Assembly: GCA_965261345.1 (NCBI GenBank)
Contig: OZ253449.1
Coordinates: 864,001 to 928,000, forward strand
Source: Chloroflexota bacterium
GTDB taxonomy: Bacteria; Chloroflexota; UBA11872; VXNJ01
Direction of reading: 5' to 3'
DNA length: 64,000 bases
Shown here: one piece after another, positions 1 through 9,299 of the stretch
Numbering within the stretch: position 1 is the stretch's first letter
Layout: the number at the start of each line of letters is the position of its first letter
Notes under the pieces: model-generated
The model's database searches: none
What the model was told of the DNA's origin: nothing
The model's input: the letters and a program-made list of their open reading frames with translations, nothing else
Made by a program: the position numbers and the translations under genes

Positions 1-227
1 ACCCAATAATTGGAAATTGCGTCACGATCGGCTCGGGCGCCTCGGTCCTGGGACCGGTTACGATCGGCCACAACTCCAAGATCGGGGCGATGGCGCTGGT
101 GGTAGAAGACGTTCCACCGCGTTCTGTCGTGGTCGGTCCGCCGGCAACTTATCTGGTCAAGGAGGGCGTGCGAACGTATGGCCTGCGCATGCGCTCTTCC
201 GGTGTTCCGCCCGAATACCAAATCTAA
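1..227 (+). CDS. cysE: Serine O-acetyltransferase, C-terminal part (5'-truncated by window)
   Basis: Frame 3 (not in the ORF track) reads [48 protein letters not shown]...EYQI*. This shows hexapeptide repeats and the CysE-type C-terminal ...YxI tail. Confidence 0.85.
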   Translation, partial: PIIGNCVTIGSGASVLGPVTIGHNSKIGAMALVVEDVPPRSVVVGPPATYLVKEGVRTYGLRMRSSGVPPEYQI

Positions 228-266
228 TTTACGGCCGCGGCGGCGGAATTTAGGGGCATCAGCCCG

Positions 267-2018
267 ATGTTGATGTCACGGTATTTCGGCCGCACCCTGC
301 GCGAGGACCCAGTCGGCGCGACTACCGCGTCGCACCGACTGCTGGTGCGATCGGGAATGATCCAGCAGCTTGGCGCGGGCATTTACTCCTATCTCCCGGC
401 AGCCTATCGGGCGTTGGCCAGGATTGAGCAGATCGTCGCCGAGGAGATGGACCGGATAGATGGTCAGCGCATCGAGATGCCGGTCGTCCACCCCGCCGAT
501 CTTTGGAAGCAGAGTCGGCGCTGGTACGACGTCGGCGATGAGATGGTCCGGTTCCACGATCGCCAAGGTCACGACATGGTGCTGGCCATGACCCACGAGG
601 AAGTCGTTGCCGATCTGGCCGCTGCCCATATTTCCTCCTATCGCGATCTGCCAGTGATGGTGTATCAGATCCAGACCAAATTTCGTGACGAGCCCAGATC
701 GCGGGCCGGCCTAGTGCGAGTGCGCGAATTTGCAATGAAGGATGCCTACAGCCTCCATTGCGACGAGGACCAGATGCGCGCCTACTACGCCCGGGTGGTG
801 GATGCCTACGTGCGGATTTTTCGCCGCTGCGGGCTGGAGGCGGTGGTCGTTGAGTCTTCGACCGGCATGATGGGTGGATCGACCGCACACGAATTCATGC
901 TGCTCGATCCGAGCGGCGAAGATACCGTGCTCGTCTGCCCGGGGTGTGGATATGCCGCCAACCAGGAAGTGGCCCGGGCCCGACCAGCAGCCGCTGGCAA
1001 GGCTGAACCGCTGCCGCTGCACGAAGTGGCCACTCCGGGCGCCCGAACAATCGACCAGGTCGCCCGCTTCCTGGAGATTGACCCGGCCGGGACCGCCAAG
1101 GCGGTCTTTTATCATGCCGGCGGAGAGCTGGTGTTTGCGCTAATCCGCGGTGACCGCGACGTCAACGAGGCCAAGCTGGCCGCCCATCTGCAGTCTGATC
1201 TCAAGCCCGCCGAGAGCGATCTGCTGGAACGGGCCGGGGTCGTGGCCGGATTTGCCTCGCCGGTCGGGCTCTCCGGCCCCAGGGTGGTGGTGGACCGCTC
1301 GGTGGCCGAAACCGCCAACCTGGTCGGTGGCGCCAATCGCCCCGACTATCACCTGGCCAATACCAACTACCCGCGCGACTACGAAGGGGAATTGTGCGAC
1401 ATCAGCCAGGTCATCGGCGGCGACGGTTGTCCGCAATGTGACGACAGCCTGCTGGCGGCACGGGCGGTCGAATTGGGTAACACCTTCCAGCTCGGATACG
1501 GCTATTCACAGAAACGCGGCGCTTTGTACCTTGATCCCGACGGCCAGCAGCGGCCGTTTTTCATGTGCTCGTACGGGATAGGGATCGGCCGCATTCTGGG
1601 GACCGTGATAGAACGTTGGAACGATCGCAACGGAATGATCCTGCCCGCCAGCATCGCGCCCTGGAACGTACACATCGTCCAACTTGGGGAATCCCCCGCA
1701 GTGGCCGCTTGCGCAATCGAGCTGGAGCGGTCGCTTGGCGAATTGGGCCTGCAGGTGCTGCGCGACGACCGGGATCTGAGTGCCGGCGTCAAATTCAACG
1801 ATGCCGACCTGCTGGGACTGCCAATCCGCCTGACCGTATCGACCCGCAACCTCAAGGCCGACCAAGTCGAGCTGAAACTGCGCGATTCGAGTGAACGAGA
1901 GATGTTCGCAATCACCGATGTGGCCGGGGCGACGTTGGACCGACATCACGAGCTACTCTCCCGCACCGATCCGGAGCGGCAGCGCTGGGACCCGCTCGCC
2001 GAAATTGACACCAACTGA
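267..2018 (+). CDS. proS: Proline--tRNA ligase (bacterial type, with INS editing domain)
   Basis: Motifs LAMTHEE, YQIQTKFRDEPRSRAGLVRVREFAMKDAYS, ELGNTFQLG, CSYGIGIGR and GVKFNDADLLG. Confidence 0.97.
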   Translation: MLMSRYFGRTLREDPVGATTASHRLLVRSGMIQQLGAGIYSYLPAAYRALARIEQIVAEEMDRIDGQRIEMPVVHPADLWKQSRRWYDVGDEMVRFHDRQGHDMVLAMTHEEVVADLAAAHISSYRDLPVMVYQIQTKFRDEPRSRAGLVRVREFAMKDAYSLHCDEDQMRAYYARVVDAYVRIFRRCGLEAVVVESSTGMMGGSTAHEFMLLDPSGEDTVLVCPGCGYAANQEVARARPAAAGKAEPLPLHEVATPGARTIDQVARFLEIDPAGTAKAVFYHAGGELVFALIRGDRDVNEAKLAAHLQSDLKPAESDLLERAGVVAGFASPVGLSGPRVVVDRSVAETANLVGGANRPDYHLANTNYPRDYEGELCDISQVIGGDGCPQCDDSLLAARAVELGNTFQLGYGYSQKRGALYLDPDGQQRPFFMCSYGIGIGRILGTVIERWNDRNGMILPASIAPWNVHIVQLGESPAVAACAIELERSLGELGLQVLRDDRDLSAGVKFNDADLLGLPIRLTVSTRNLKADQVELKLRDSSEREMFAITDVAGATLDRHHELLSRTDPERQRWDPLAEIDTN

Positions 2019-3118
2019 ACGCCGACTATTACTGTCCACGCTGTGGACCGGGTCGACCCAACCGATTGGCTCTGTGTGCTGCCTGCGGATTGCTGCTGTC
2101 GCCGGCCCCGGCGGCGAAGATCCCGCTAGCGGAAATCGCCCCGGCGGCGGGCCCGGGCATCTGGGCGTGGTCGGACCTGTTGGGATTTGCTGCCGGCCGC
2201 GACCGGCTAACCCTGGGCGAGGCCAACGCGCCGCTGAAAGCGATTCCGCGCTGGGGTCGGTCGGTCGGATTGCCCCGGTCGGAAACAATGCTTGAATTCC
2301 TCTCGCCCAGCGAGAGTTTCAAGGATCGCGGCGCAGTCCTGGTTGCCGCCCGCCTCGGGGCGGCCGGATTTGACCGCCTGGTTGAGGATTCGTCCGGGAA
2401 TGCCGGGGCGGCGTTGGCCGCCTACTGTGCTGCCGCCGGACTGAACTGTCAGATATTTGCCCCGGCCGACGCCGATCCGCCCAAGCTAGCCCAAATCGCT
2501 GCCTACGGAGCAATCGTTACGCCAACCGGCAGAGCACGCAGCAACGCAGCGGTCGCCGCAAGAGCGGAGGCCGCCCAACCGGGTACGGTGTACGCCTCGC
2601 ATGTCCGCGATCCGGCCTTTCTGCTGGGGATGAAATCATTCCTACTGAGCCTGTGCTTTCAGCGCGATCAGACCCTTCCCGATCACATCGTCTTTCCGAC
2701 CGGCAACGGCGGCCTGTTGCTCGGTACCGCACTGGCGCTGGCCGACATCACCCTGCCCGCAGGGCAAGACAGTCCGCATCTCCATGCGGCCCAGGCCCGA
2801 GCGGTTTCGCCGCTGGCAGATTCCGGGTTCGAACCCCAAGGATCCACCATTGCCAGCGGAATCGCGGTGGCCAATCCGGAACGATTCGAGCAGATTTGTA
2901 CAGCGGTCAAATTGAGCGGCGGCAAAGTCGCAACTGTTACTGATAATCAGATCAGGCGGGCGGGCGCCGATCTGGCCGCAAACGAAGGCATATACGTTGA
3001 ACCGACGGCAGCTGCCGGATTTGCCGCCGCTGCCCAATTGGCGAGTGCTGGCCTGATCGGGTCTGATGAATCGGTGTTGATCCCGGCCACCGGCAGTGGA
3101 TTAAAGTCCTACACATGA
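2015..3118 (+). CDS. Threonine synthase-like PLP-dependent enzyme with N-terminal Zn-ribbon
   Basis: SFKDRG (PLP lysine), DSSGNAG, PTGNGG, EPTAA and TGSGLK. The frame extends upstream of TTG 2066 to CTG 2015, adding YYCPRC...CAAC; an in-frame stop lies at 2006. Confidence 0.85.
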   Translation: MNADYYCPRCGPGRPNRLALCAACGLLLSPAPAAKIPLAEIAPAAGPGIWAWSDLLGFAAGRDRLTLGEANAPLKAIPRWGRSVGLPRSETMLEFLSPSESFKDRGAVLVAARLGAAGFDRLVEDSSGNAGAALAAYCAAAGLNCQIFAPADADPPKLAQIAAYGAIVTPTGRARSNAAVAARAEAAQPGTVYASHVRDPAFLLGMKSFLLSLCFQRDQTLPDHIVFPTGNGGLLLGTALALADITLPAGQDSPHLHAAQARAVSPLADSGFEPQGSTIASGIAVANPERFEQICTAVKLSGGKVATVTDNQIRRAGADLAANEGIYVEPTAAAGFAAAAQLASAGLIGSDESVLIPATGSGLKSYT

Positions 3119-3903
3119 AAACAACGCGCTGGTTATTGCCCCTTCTGCTGGCCCTGACAATCGCCCTCGTTGCCTGCGGCGACCCGGAGCCGGAACCGAT
3201 CTCAGAGCCGGTCGCGGTCGCACCAGTCACCGCGCCAACCGCCGCGCCGACCCCGACCCCGGAGCCGACTCCGGAGCCCTTTACGGCCGCGGGTTACCTG
3301 GCCAAGCTGGCCGACGAGCCGCCTAGTTCGGTCCGCATGCGTACCTTGGTTGAGGACTATGCCGGGGCCCCGGCGGGCATTGCTTTCGCCGTCGAAACCG
3401 TCTCGATTCCGGCTCACACCGGGCGCCAAACCGTAGGCCTGGACGTGATCAGCGAGGGCGAGAAGAAGGCCCGGATCGATCTTCTCCTCGATGGGGACTT
3501 CATCTACATAAACCCGCCTGGCACCGAACGGTGGCTACGCACCCTGCGCGAAACCGAAGGAACCGATGCAACCGCCTCCGAAATACTGCCGATCGCCGAC
3601 CAGACATCCGGGTTCTTTGCCGCACTGCCCGACCCGGCAACCGTCAGCTACGAGGGCGAGAACGACTGTGACGGGGTGCCCTGCCACATTCTGGTCGGCG
3701 AATCAGTCACCCTGGAGGTGCGGGTCGAGGACCTGGTGCCGATCAGGATCGTTTCCGAGTTCAATGACGGGACACCGGTGGTAATCGAAATCGTCGGTTG
3801 GGACGAAGGCTTAGAAATAGAGATCCCAGGGGATTCCCGCGACGTTCCAGCGAGCGCGTTCTGGCAATTGGTAATTACCATCCTTGCCGGTGCGTTTACC
3901 TAG
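3115..3903 (+). CDS. Lipoprotein, probable LolA/LppX-like beta-fold
   Basis: Lipobox LVAC and a PT/PE-rich linker. The C-terminus (CDGVPCHIL..GWDE) is paralogous to the next gene. Confidence 0.7.
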   Translation: MKTTRWLLPLLLALTIALVACGDPEPEPISEPVAVAPVTAPTAAPTPTPEPTPEPFTAAGYLAKLADEPPSSVRMRTLVEDYAGAPAGIAFAVETVSIPAHTGRQTVGLDVISEGEKKARIDLLLDGDFIYINPPGTERWLRTLRETEGTDATASEILPIADQTSGFFAALPDPATVSYEGENDCDGVPCHILVGESVTLEVRVEDLVPIRIVSEFNDGTPVVIEIVGWDEGLEIEIPGDSRDVPASAFWQLVITILAGAFT

Positions 3904-3912
3904 GCGGCCCCA

Positions 3913-4668
3913 CTGACTTGGCGGGCGCGCCGCTGCGTCGCCTACGCCATGCTCATTGTGGTGATCCTGGCCGGTTGTGGCGAGGAGGAATCCGCCCTGC
4001 CCAGCGGGCCGATGGTGAACGCGCCATTTTCGATTCAAAGCTGGATCGAACACTGGGACCTGAACCAACCCCGCTCGGTGCGAATTACCACCAGCATCGA
4101 CGGTGGCTTCCTGCCCGGCGATCTGGGGCTGCAAATCGAGATGGTCGGGAATGCGAATCGCGAATCGGACGATTCGCTGGCGGCCAACCTTCAGATCCTA
4201 GAAGATAGCCGGGTCAAGCAGGAGCTTGAATTCTTCCTGCAGGGCGGTGACCTATACGCGCTGCCCGACGCCGCGCTCGACAACTGGATCGTGGTCAAGG
4301 GATCTGAATCTGAGGATGTGCGCGGTATGTTCGCAGATGCCGAAGACGGACTGGCGCTACTTACCAGATTCGAGCAGCGCAGTGATCTCTCCCATGCCCG
4401 CACCGGCCCGTGCGGAACGGAAGAGTGCCACTATCTGGAAGGGGAGGATATAGCTATCGCGGTGCATTCGGGTCACTGGATTCCGCGCTACGCCCTGCTC
4501 GGCAATTCCGCGGGCGAATCGGGGGAGCCTGCAGCCGAATCACTGCGTTTGGACATCATCGGTTGGGACGAAGAGTTACTGCTCGCGCCCCCAGCCGGCG
4601 CCCGCGAGGTATCCGAAGACGAATTATTCAGTGTTCTGTTCACGCTGTTTGCGATGCAGCTGCTTTAG
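3913..4668 (+). CDS. Lipoprotein, paralog of 3115..3903
   Basis: Lipobox LAGC and CGTEECHYL..GWDE. The basic n-region (TWRARR) is only encoded if the start is CTG 3913; ATG 3949 is the alternative. Confidence 0.7.
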   Translation: MTWRARRCVAYAMLIVVILAGCGEEESALPSGPMVNAPFSIQSWIEHWDLNQPRSVRITTSIDGGFLPGDLGLQIEMVGNANRESDDSLAANLQILEDSRVKQELEFFLQGGDLYALPDAALDNWIVVKGSESEDVRGMFADAEDGLALLTRFEQRSDLSHARTGPCGTEECHYLEGEDIAIAVHSGHWIPRYALLGNSAGESGEPAAESLRLDIIGWDEELLLAPPAGAREVSEDELFSVLFTLFAMQLL

Positions 4669-5490
4669 ATGAATCCACCCGAATCGGCCGGGTTTACCGG
4701 CAGCCAGATCCGCGAGCTGATCCGCGCCGGGTCGTGGAGAGGTCCGACCGCCGGCGCGGCAACACGCTATGTCCAGGCAAATCTGGTCATCGTGGAAACC
4801 ACAATGGCCGATGAGTTCGAGGAGTTCTGCAATGCCAATCCCAAACCGTGCCCATTGCTGGAACGGCTCCCGAACGGGGATCCGCATCCTATCCGGATGG
4901 CCCGCGATTCAAACATCTGCACCGACCTACCACGCTATCGGATATACCGCCGCGGCCGAATGGTTGCCGAAGTCGAAAACATCTCCGAGTACTGGAACAA
5001 GGAGTTGACCGGTTTTCTGACCGGCTGCAGCTTCACTTTCGAGAAGCGTTTGGATGCGGCTGGAATTCCAATACGCCACATTGAATGCGGGACCAATGTG
5101 CCCATGTATGTGACCAACATCGACTGCCAGGCGGTCGGGAGATTGGCCGGCCCGATGGTTGTTTCGATGCGGCCGGTGGCAATGGACCAAGTAGCAAGAG
5201 CGGTGGCGATTACCGCCCAGGTCCCCCAGGTTCATGGTTCTCCGGTCCACAGCGGTGCTCCCGAAGCGATCGGCATCAAGGATCTGGGTCGTCCTGATTG
5301 GGGCGATCCGGTGCCGCTATATGCCGGTGAGATTCCGGTGTTTTGGGCCTGCGGGGTAACCCCTCAGGCGATTGCCCAGTCAGCCAAGCTTCCGCTGATG
5401 ATTACCCATGCGCCCGGCCACATGTACGTCTCGGACTTGCTTGAAGCATATCTGGACAAGGCAATCCCTAGTTCTCGGCAAAGCGGGTAA
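4669..5490 (+). CDS. DUF1445 family putative hydro-lyase (D-glutamate cyclase-like)
   Basis: VQANLVI, NPKPCPLL, TDLPRY, GCSFTFE, NVPMY, PVFWACGVTPQ and ITHAPGHM. Confidence 0.9.
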   Translation: MNPPESAGFTGSQIRELIRAGSWRGPTAGAATRYVQANLVIVETTMADEFEEFCNANPKPCPLLERLPNGDPHPIRMARDSNICTDLPRYRIYRRGRMVAEVENISEYWNKELTGFLTGCSFTFEKRLDAAGIPIRHIECGTNVPMYVTNIDCQAVGRLAGPMVVSMRPVAMDQVARAVAITAQVPQVHGSPVHSGAPEAIGIKDLGRPDWGDPVPLYAGEIPVFWACGVTPQAIAQSAKLPLMITHAPGHMYVSDLLEAYLDKAIPSSRQSG

Positions 5491-5492
5491 AG

Positions 5493-5831
5493 ATGATCAA
5501 CATGATTTCAGGTCAAGTGTTACGAACCGTAACCGAGAAGGTGATGAGCAAGGTCGGTGAGCAGTTGCCGCGCCTATTGGCCGAGTATGCCGGCCCGGTA
5601 ACCAGTGGGGACCCAGCCTCAATTCAACTGGCCGCCGCCCAAACCGAGCGGCAGCGCCTCCGCGAACAACTGAAAGTCGTAAACGGGCGAGTCGATGCGC
5701 TCACCGCGCAGATCGCCGCATTGGAACGGCGTATTGAAAAACGCGATATCTGGTTGTGGGCCCTGGGCGGTGCCTGGATCGTATCGACCGCCGGAATCGC
5801 CCTCTTGGCGATTGCCCCGTATCTGGGGTAG
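5493..5831 (+). CDS. Hypothetical coiled-coil protein with C-terminal TM helix
   Basis: Starts 2 nt after the previous stop; heptad-like middle and hydrophobic C-terminus. Confidence 0.6.
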   Translation: MINMISGQVLRTVTEKVMSKVGEQLPRLLAEYAGPVTSGDPASIQLAAAQTERQRLREQLKVVNGRVDALTAQIAALERRIEKRDIWLWALGGAWIVSTAGIALLAIAPYLG

Positions 5832-5834
5832 CCT

Positions 5835-6455
5835 CTAGACGGCGGCCGCGAACTGCCCGCGGCGCACCCGCCCCGGCTCGGGGACCGAAGCCCCGGAGCG
5901 TTCCAGCAACCCGTTTGACGGGCAAGTTGAGCAGCTCCCACCCCCGCACGCTCCGCTCTGGGTTTGGCGGCGGGCGCCCAGGTTTCGAAGTTGCAGGCCC
6001 ACTCCTGGAAACCGCTTGGACAATTCCTTGCGCAGGCTAAAGCCGGAGTAAGCCTGGTCGCAGCGGAACCGAAACCGCAGCCTTGAACCATCGAAGCTGA
6101 AATCGGCATGCACGGACGAGACTTCCAGCCCCGCTGAAAACGCCGCCCGGAAAAATTCCATGCGGGCGGCAACCTCACCTAATACGTGGCGGTGCAGGCT
6201 GGCCAGGTCCTGCGGGCTGGCAGTTCGCAGGATCCGTCTACCCTGTAGCGGAGTATCTGAAGCGGCTGGGCTGGTAGCCAGCATAACTTTGGCGATTTCG
6301 GGACCCGACGAGGTGCGCACAATCGCCATCGTCCCGACTTCAAGCTCGAAACCGTTGGCATCGCAAAAGAGCAGCCGGCGGCTGCGCCGCAGGCGCACGC
6401 CAGCAACCTTTTGGGAACTAAGCTCGGCCGGGACCGAAGGGACAACGTTTAACAC
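5835..6455 (-). CDS. PSP1/YaaT(RicT)-like protein, short form
   Basis: VAGVRLRR, AIVRTSSGPEIAKV, ILRTASPQD, FSFDGSRLRF and LQLRNLGAR. Likely start is GTG 6455, because the track ORF extends across the tRNA. Confidence 0.7.
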   Translation of the reverse strand: MLNVVPSVPAELSSQKVAGVRLRRSRRLLFCDANGFELEVGTMAIVRTSSGPEIAKVMLATSPAASDTPLQGRRILRTASPQDLASLHRHVLGEVAARMEFFRAAFSAGLEVSSVHADFSFDGSRLRFRFRCDQAYSGFSLRKELSKRFPGVGLQLRNLGARRQTQSGACGGGSCSTCPSNGLLERSGASVPEPGRVRRGQFAAAV

Positions 6456-6517
6456 CGGCGATTTTATTGCGCCGGCCCGACCGTCCGACAGCTGCTTGAT
6501 AATGGAATCTTGCTTGC

Positions 6518-6593
6518 GGGCCCATAGCTCAGTGGTTAGAGCGGCCGGCTCATAACCGGTTGGTCGTTGGTTCGAATCCAACTGGGCCCACCA
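6518..6593 (+). tRNA. tRNA-Ile2 (CAT, lysidine type); alternatively Met
   Basis: Cloverleaf GGGCCCA...TGGGCCC-ACCA with anticodon arm GCCGG-CTCATAA-CCGGT; the body resembles bacterial Ile2 tRNAs. Confidence 0.88.
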
Positions 6594-6864
6594 TGACCTA
6601 CCGAATTCATAACTCGCCCGTTCAGAGCGATTTTGCGACTTCGGCTCCCCTCCTAGGGCTTTGTCCATCCGGCGTGGGTACGGAGTAGGCGATGGCGCCC
6701 CTGCCGGGCTTGGCCATAACCTCCTTGGCGAAGGACCCGACGACGGCTTTGGTCTCGGTCAGTTCGCTGGTTTTGAGGAACTCGCTCATCTCGGCGGCGA
6801 AGGTGGTGGTGGTGTCGGAGCTGGCCAGGACCCGACGCCGCTCCGTCAGCTGGCCTCGCGCTTC
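6594..6864 (-). pseudogene. C-terminal remnant of a large serine recombinase/integrase running into the tRNA 3' end
   Basis: Reads EARGQLTERRRVLASSDTTTTFAAEMSEFLKTSELTETKAVVGSFAKEVMAKPGRGAIAYSVPTP..., then a frameshift, then IALNGRVMNSVGHGGP. This resembles the C-tails of tRNA-targeting serine recombinases (recognised from memory). Confidence 0.6.
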
Positions 6865-6867
6865 TGA

Positions 6868-7548
6868 TTACCACCACCTGCTGGCCTCGCGTACACACTC
6901 TGCCACATGGCTCGCGGCGAAATATCCGGCGTGAGCCAACGTCAATCTGCGACTCCGCCCCGGTCGTCTCTTCGGCCTGCCCGACCATCGGCATCAGCAG
7001 GGCATTGACATTGGCCTGATCCAACACGTCCACGGCGGTGACCAACATGCCGGGTGCCCCTCTTCCGTCTCCATGGGCGGGACCACATCCTGGGCGGTGT
7101 AGCCGGCAACGGTACCCTGTCCGCTCTCCATCAGTCGGAAGTTTGTGTCGCTTCTGACTCCCAAAATCGGCCATCGCTTGCCCCACCGATTCTTCTCAAG
7201 GCCTCCTTGTCGGCCAACTCCTCTGGCAAACGGGCAGCAGAAACGTCTTCTCCCGCTTCGTTTTTCTGTGCCTCAAGGTCGGCTATCACCTTATCCAGGC
7301 GCTCCAACAGCCCTCTCAGTCCTTCGGCATCATTGCTCCTTTTCGCTGAGGCGTTGGCGGCTACCTTCGTGCCATCCACCGCCTGGACCGCCAGATCAGC
7401 CACATCCATGACCACCGGGATGCGCACCGTCCGCTCAAGCAGCTTCCTAATAGCCTGTCGATGGCGTTTGTAGAACCGCCACAGGGTGTTGCGGTCAGGA
7501 TGCTGCCACCCGTGATCAACGACTTTGAGATTTGCCGGTCCCGTTGCC
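6868..7548 (-). pseudogene. IS1182-family transposase fragment (frameshifted, internally deleted)
   Basis: GWQHPDRNTLWRF, AVDGTKVAANAS and LTLAHAGY (degenerate LADAGY). Confidence 0.8.
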
Positions 7549-9180
7549 TTGCCTCACCAAAAAATGTAACCGAAATTTGGGACCGTTTATTTGACTCCGA
7601 TTGGCGCGATTTCACTTACGATTTCGGCGTTCTCAACCGCACCATCAGCACCGTTTACGACCCCGTATACGAGCTCTTTGGCCATAACCGACCGCCATTG
7701 CTTTGAGCCTGCGCTGCAACGTCCGCAGCTGCTTGGGACCGACAGCGTCGGGATGGTTGCGCATGAGTACTTTCAGGATCCCGGTGCCGCTGGCGTCGGG
7801 ATGATCCTGCAGGTAGCTAAGCACCTCGGGCCATATGTGCTCTAGGGGATCTCTACGCGTTCGCCACCAGATACGGCGTTTACGCTTGGGACTCCGGGTG
7901 GGATTGGCATCGCCCTCGCGCCAGAGGTGAGAGAGCCTGGCCAGGAATTGCGACAGATCGTCTCTTTGTACCTTGCTGCGTTCCTTAAGGCGATGCCAAT
8001 GTGGCCAGGGCCGACTGGGCCGCTCGGATCTCGCTAAGGAGCAAGAGCGGATCCAGTTGCAAGCGCGTAGCACGCAATCGCTCCTTGACCTTTTCGGCAA
8101 CAGCGGGATGATCAAGCAGTCGCTGGCAGGGAGTTAAGGGACGGTCGTAGCGCTTCAGGGTCCTGGCCCCGTATCGCTGCTTGGAGATCAGTTTGAAGGA
8201 CGGTTGGAAGAAATTGGTGTAGAGACCAACTAAGGCAAAGAGTCGGGCCAGGGTCTGTCCGGCGATGAATCCGGCAAAGCGTTCGTAGCCGGCAAAGCGC
8301 TCAGATTACGGCGCCGTTCTTCTGTTCGATGAAGGCCTGGTCATTGGAGCGATAGGCACGTGAGCGGGTGAACTCGATTTCACGCTGCTGGCAGTAGTCG
8401 ATAAGAGTCTGGGAGATGAAGGCGCTGTCGTTATCTTTAGTCGTCCGAGCACTGGAATCGGCAACCGCCCGCCTATAACCTCAAGCGCCTCGGTCACCAG
8501 CGTCTGCTCGCGGGCTAGCAGCGGGACTGCTTCAACCCAGCCCGAGGCAACGTCGGTAACTGACAGAGTCTGGATGAAGCTCCCGGCCATGTTGCCACCA
8601 CAATGGGCCACCAGGTCTATTTCCAGGTAACCGGGTTGGGGGCCATGCCAATCGGCAAACGTCCTGATCGGGACCTTGGCGTGATGACGGTTGCGGCGGC
8701 AGGGATTTCGCCGTCGGCTGCTGCCGGCGATCTTGCGCACTGGTTTGAGCATCCGATCGATCGATGCCGGGCTGATTGCGAGCAGCTTGCTTCTAAGGTC
8801 CAGATCAAGCTGCAGGTGGCCATGCCCTTCCAGTGATTCGATCAGGCTGGGCAATATCGCTTGCAATCGTTTGCCGCAGATGCGATCGGCTGCTTCCCTT
8901 AAGGACGATCAAGGAGTCCCTGACGGCCTCGTCGTAGATGCGGTATGAGGACTTGGTGGGCGGTGCCGGATCAGGGCTTGCAGCATTGCCCAGTATTCGG
9001 ATTGCGTATTTGCGGTTGTAGCCGCTAAGGGCTACGAATTCGTCCAGAATCGCGCCCTTGTCGCTCTTGGTCGAGCGCGCATAGCGGTCCTGCAACGCGG
9101 TCAGTATTTCCTTCCGCGCCGCCCGGCTCAGCTTCTTTCCTCGCATCGGTTGCCTCCCTATGGATTTGGGTTACAAATCT
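7549..9180 (-). mobile_element. ISNCY-type (rve/DDE) insertion sequence, decayed; left IR cut by IS110
   Basis: Right IR TTGCCTCACCAAAAAATGTAACCGAAAT starts at 7549. The matching inner half of the left IR, ATTTGGGTTACAAATCT, ends at 9180. Confidence 0.75.
7645..9146 (-). pseudogene. ISNCY-family transposase, several frameshifts
   Basis: Pieces spread over several frames: RYARSTKSDKGAILDEFVALSGYNRKYAIRIL, GYLEIDLVAHCG, WVEAVPLLARE, EFTRSRAYRSNDQAFIEQKN and RTRRDPL...QLRTLQRR. RBS GGAGG lies upstream of 9146. Confidence 0.85.
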
Positions 9181-9299
9181 TGTATGTTGGCAATGGGTAG
9201 TCCGGGTGCAGCGGACCGCACAAATCTCGGTCCGCTTTCGCGGGACCGTTCACTAGCATGGGTCGCCGCACCCGGCTCCCGCGGCCAATTACCCGAACG
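9179..9299 (+). ncRNA. IS110 (IS621-like) left end #1 with bridge RNA; target-binding loop intact, donor loop interrupted by the intron
   Basis: Starts CT|TGTATG. Stem CCGGGTGC/GCACCCGG (9202-9209/9268-9275) encloses guide ACAAATCT (9220-9227), identical to the left flank 9173-9180. Homologous to 11272-11383. Confidence 0.8.

Noticed and set aside
7511-7517. CGTGATC resembling the reconstructed donor guide of IS110 #1
   Set aside because: It lies within decayed IS1182 coding sequence, lacks the CT core and -35 context, and is on the wrong side of the element.
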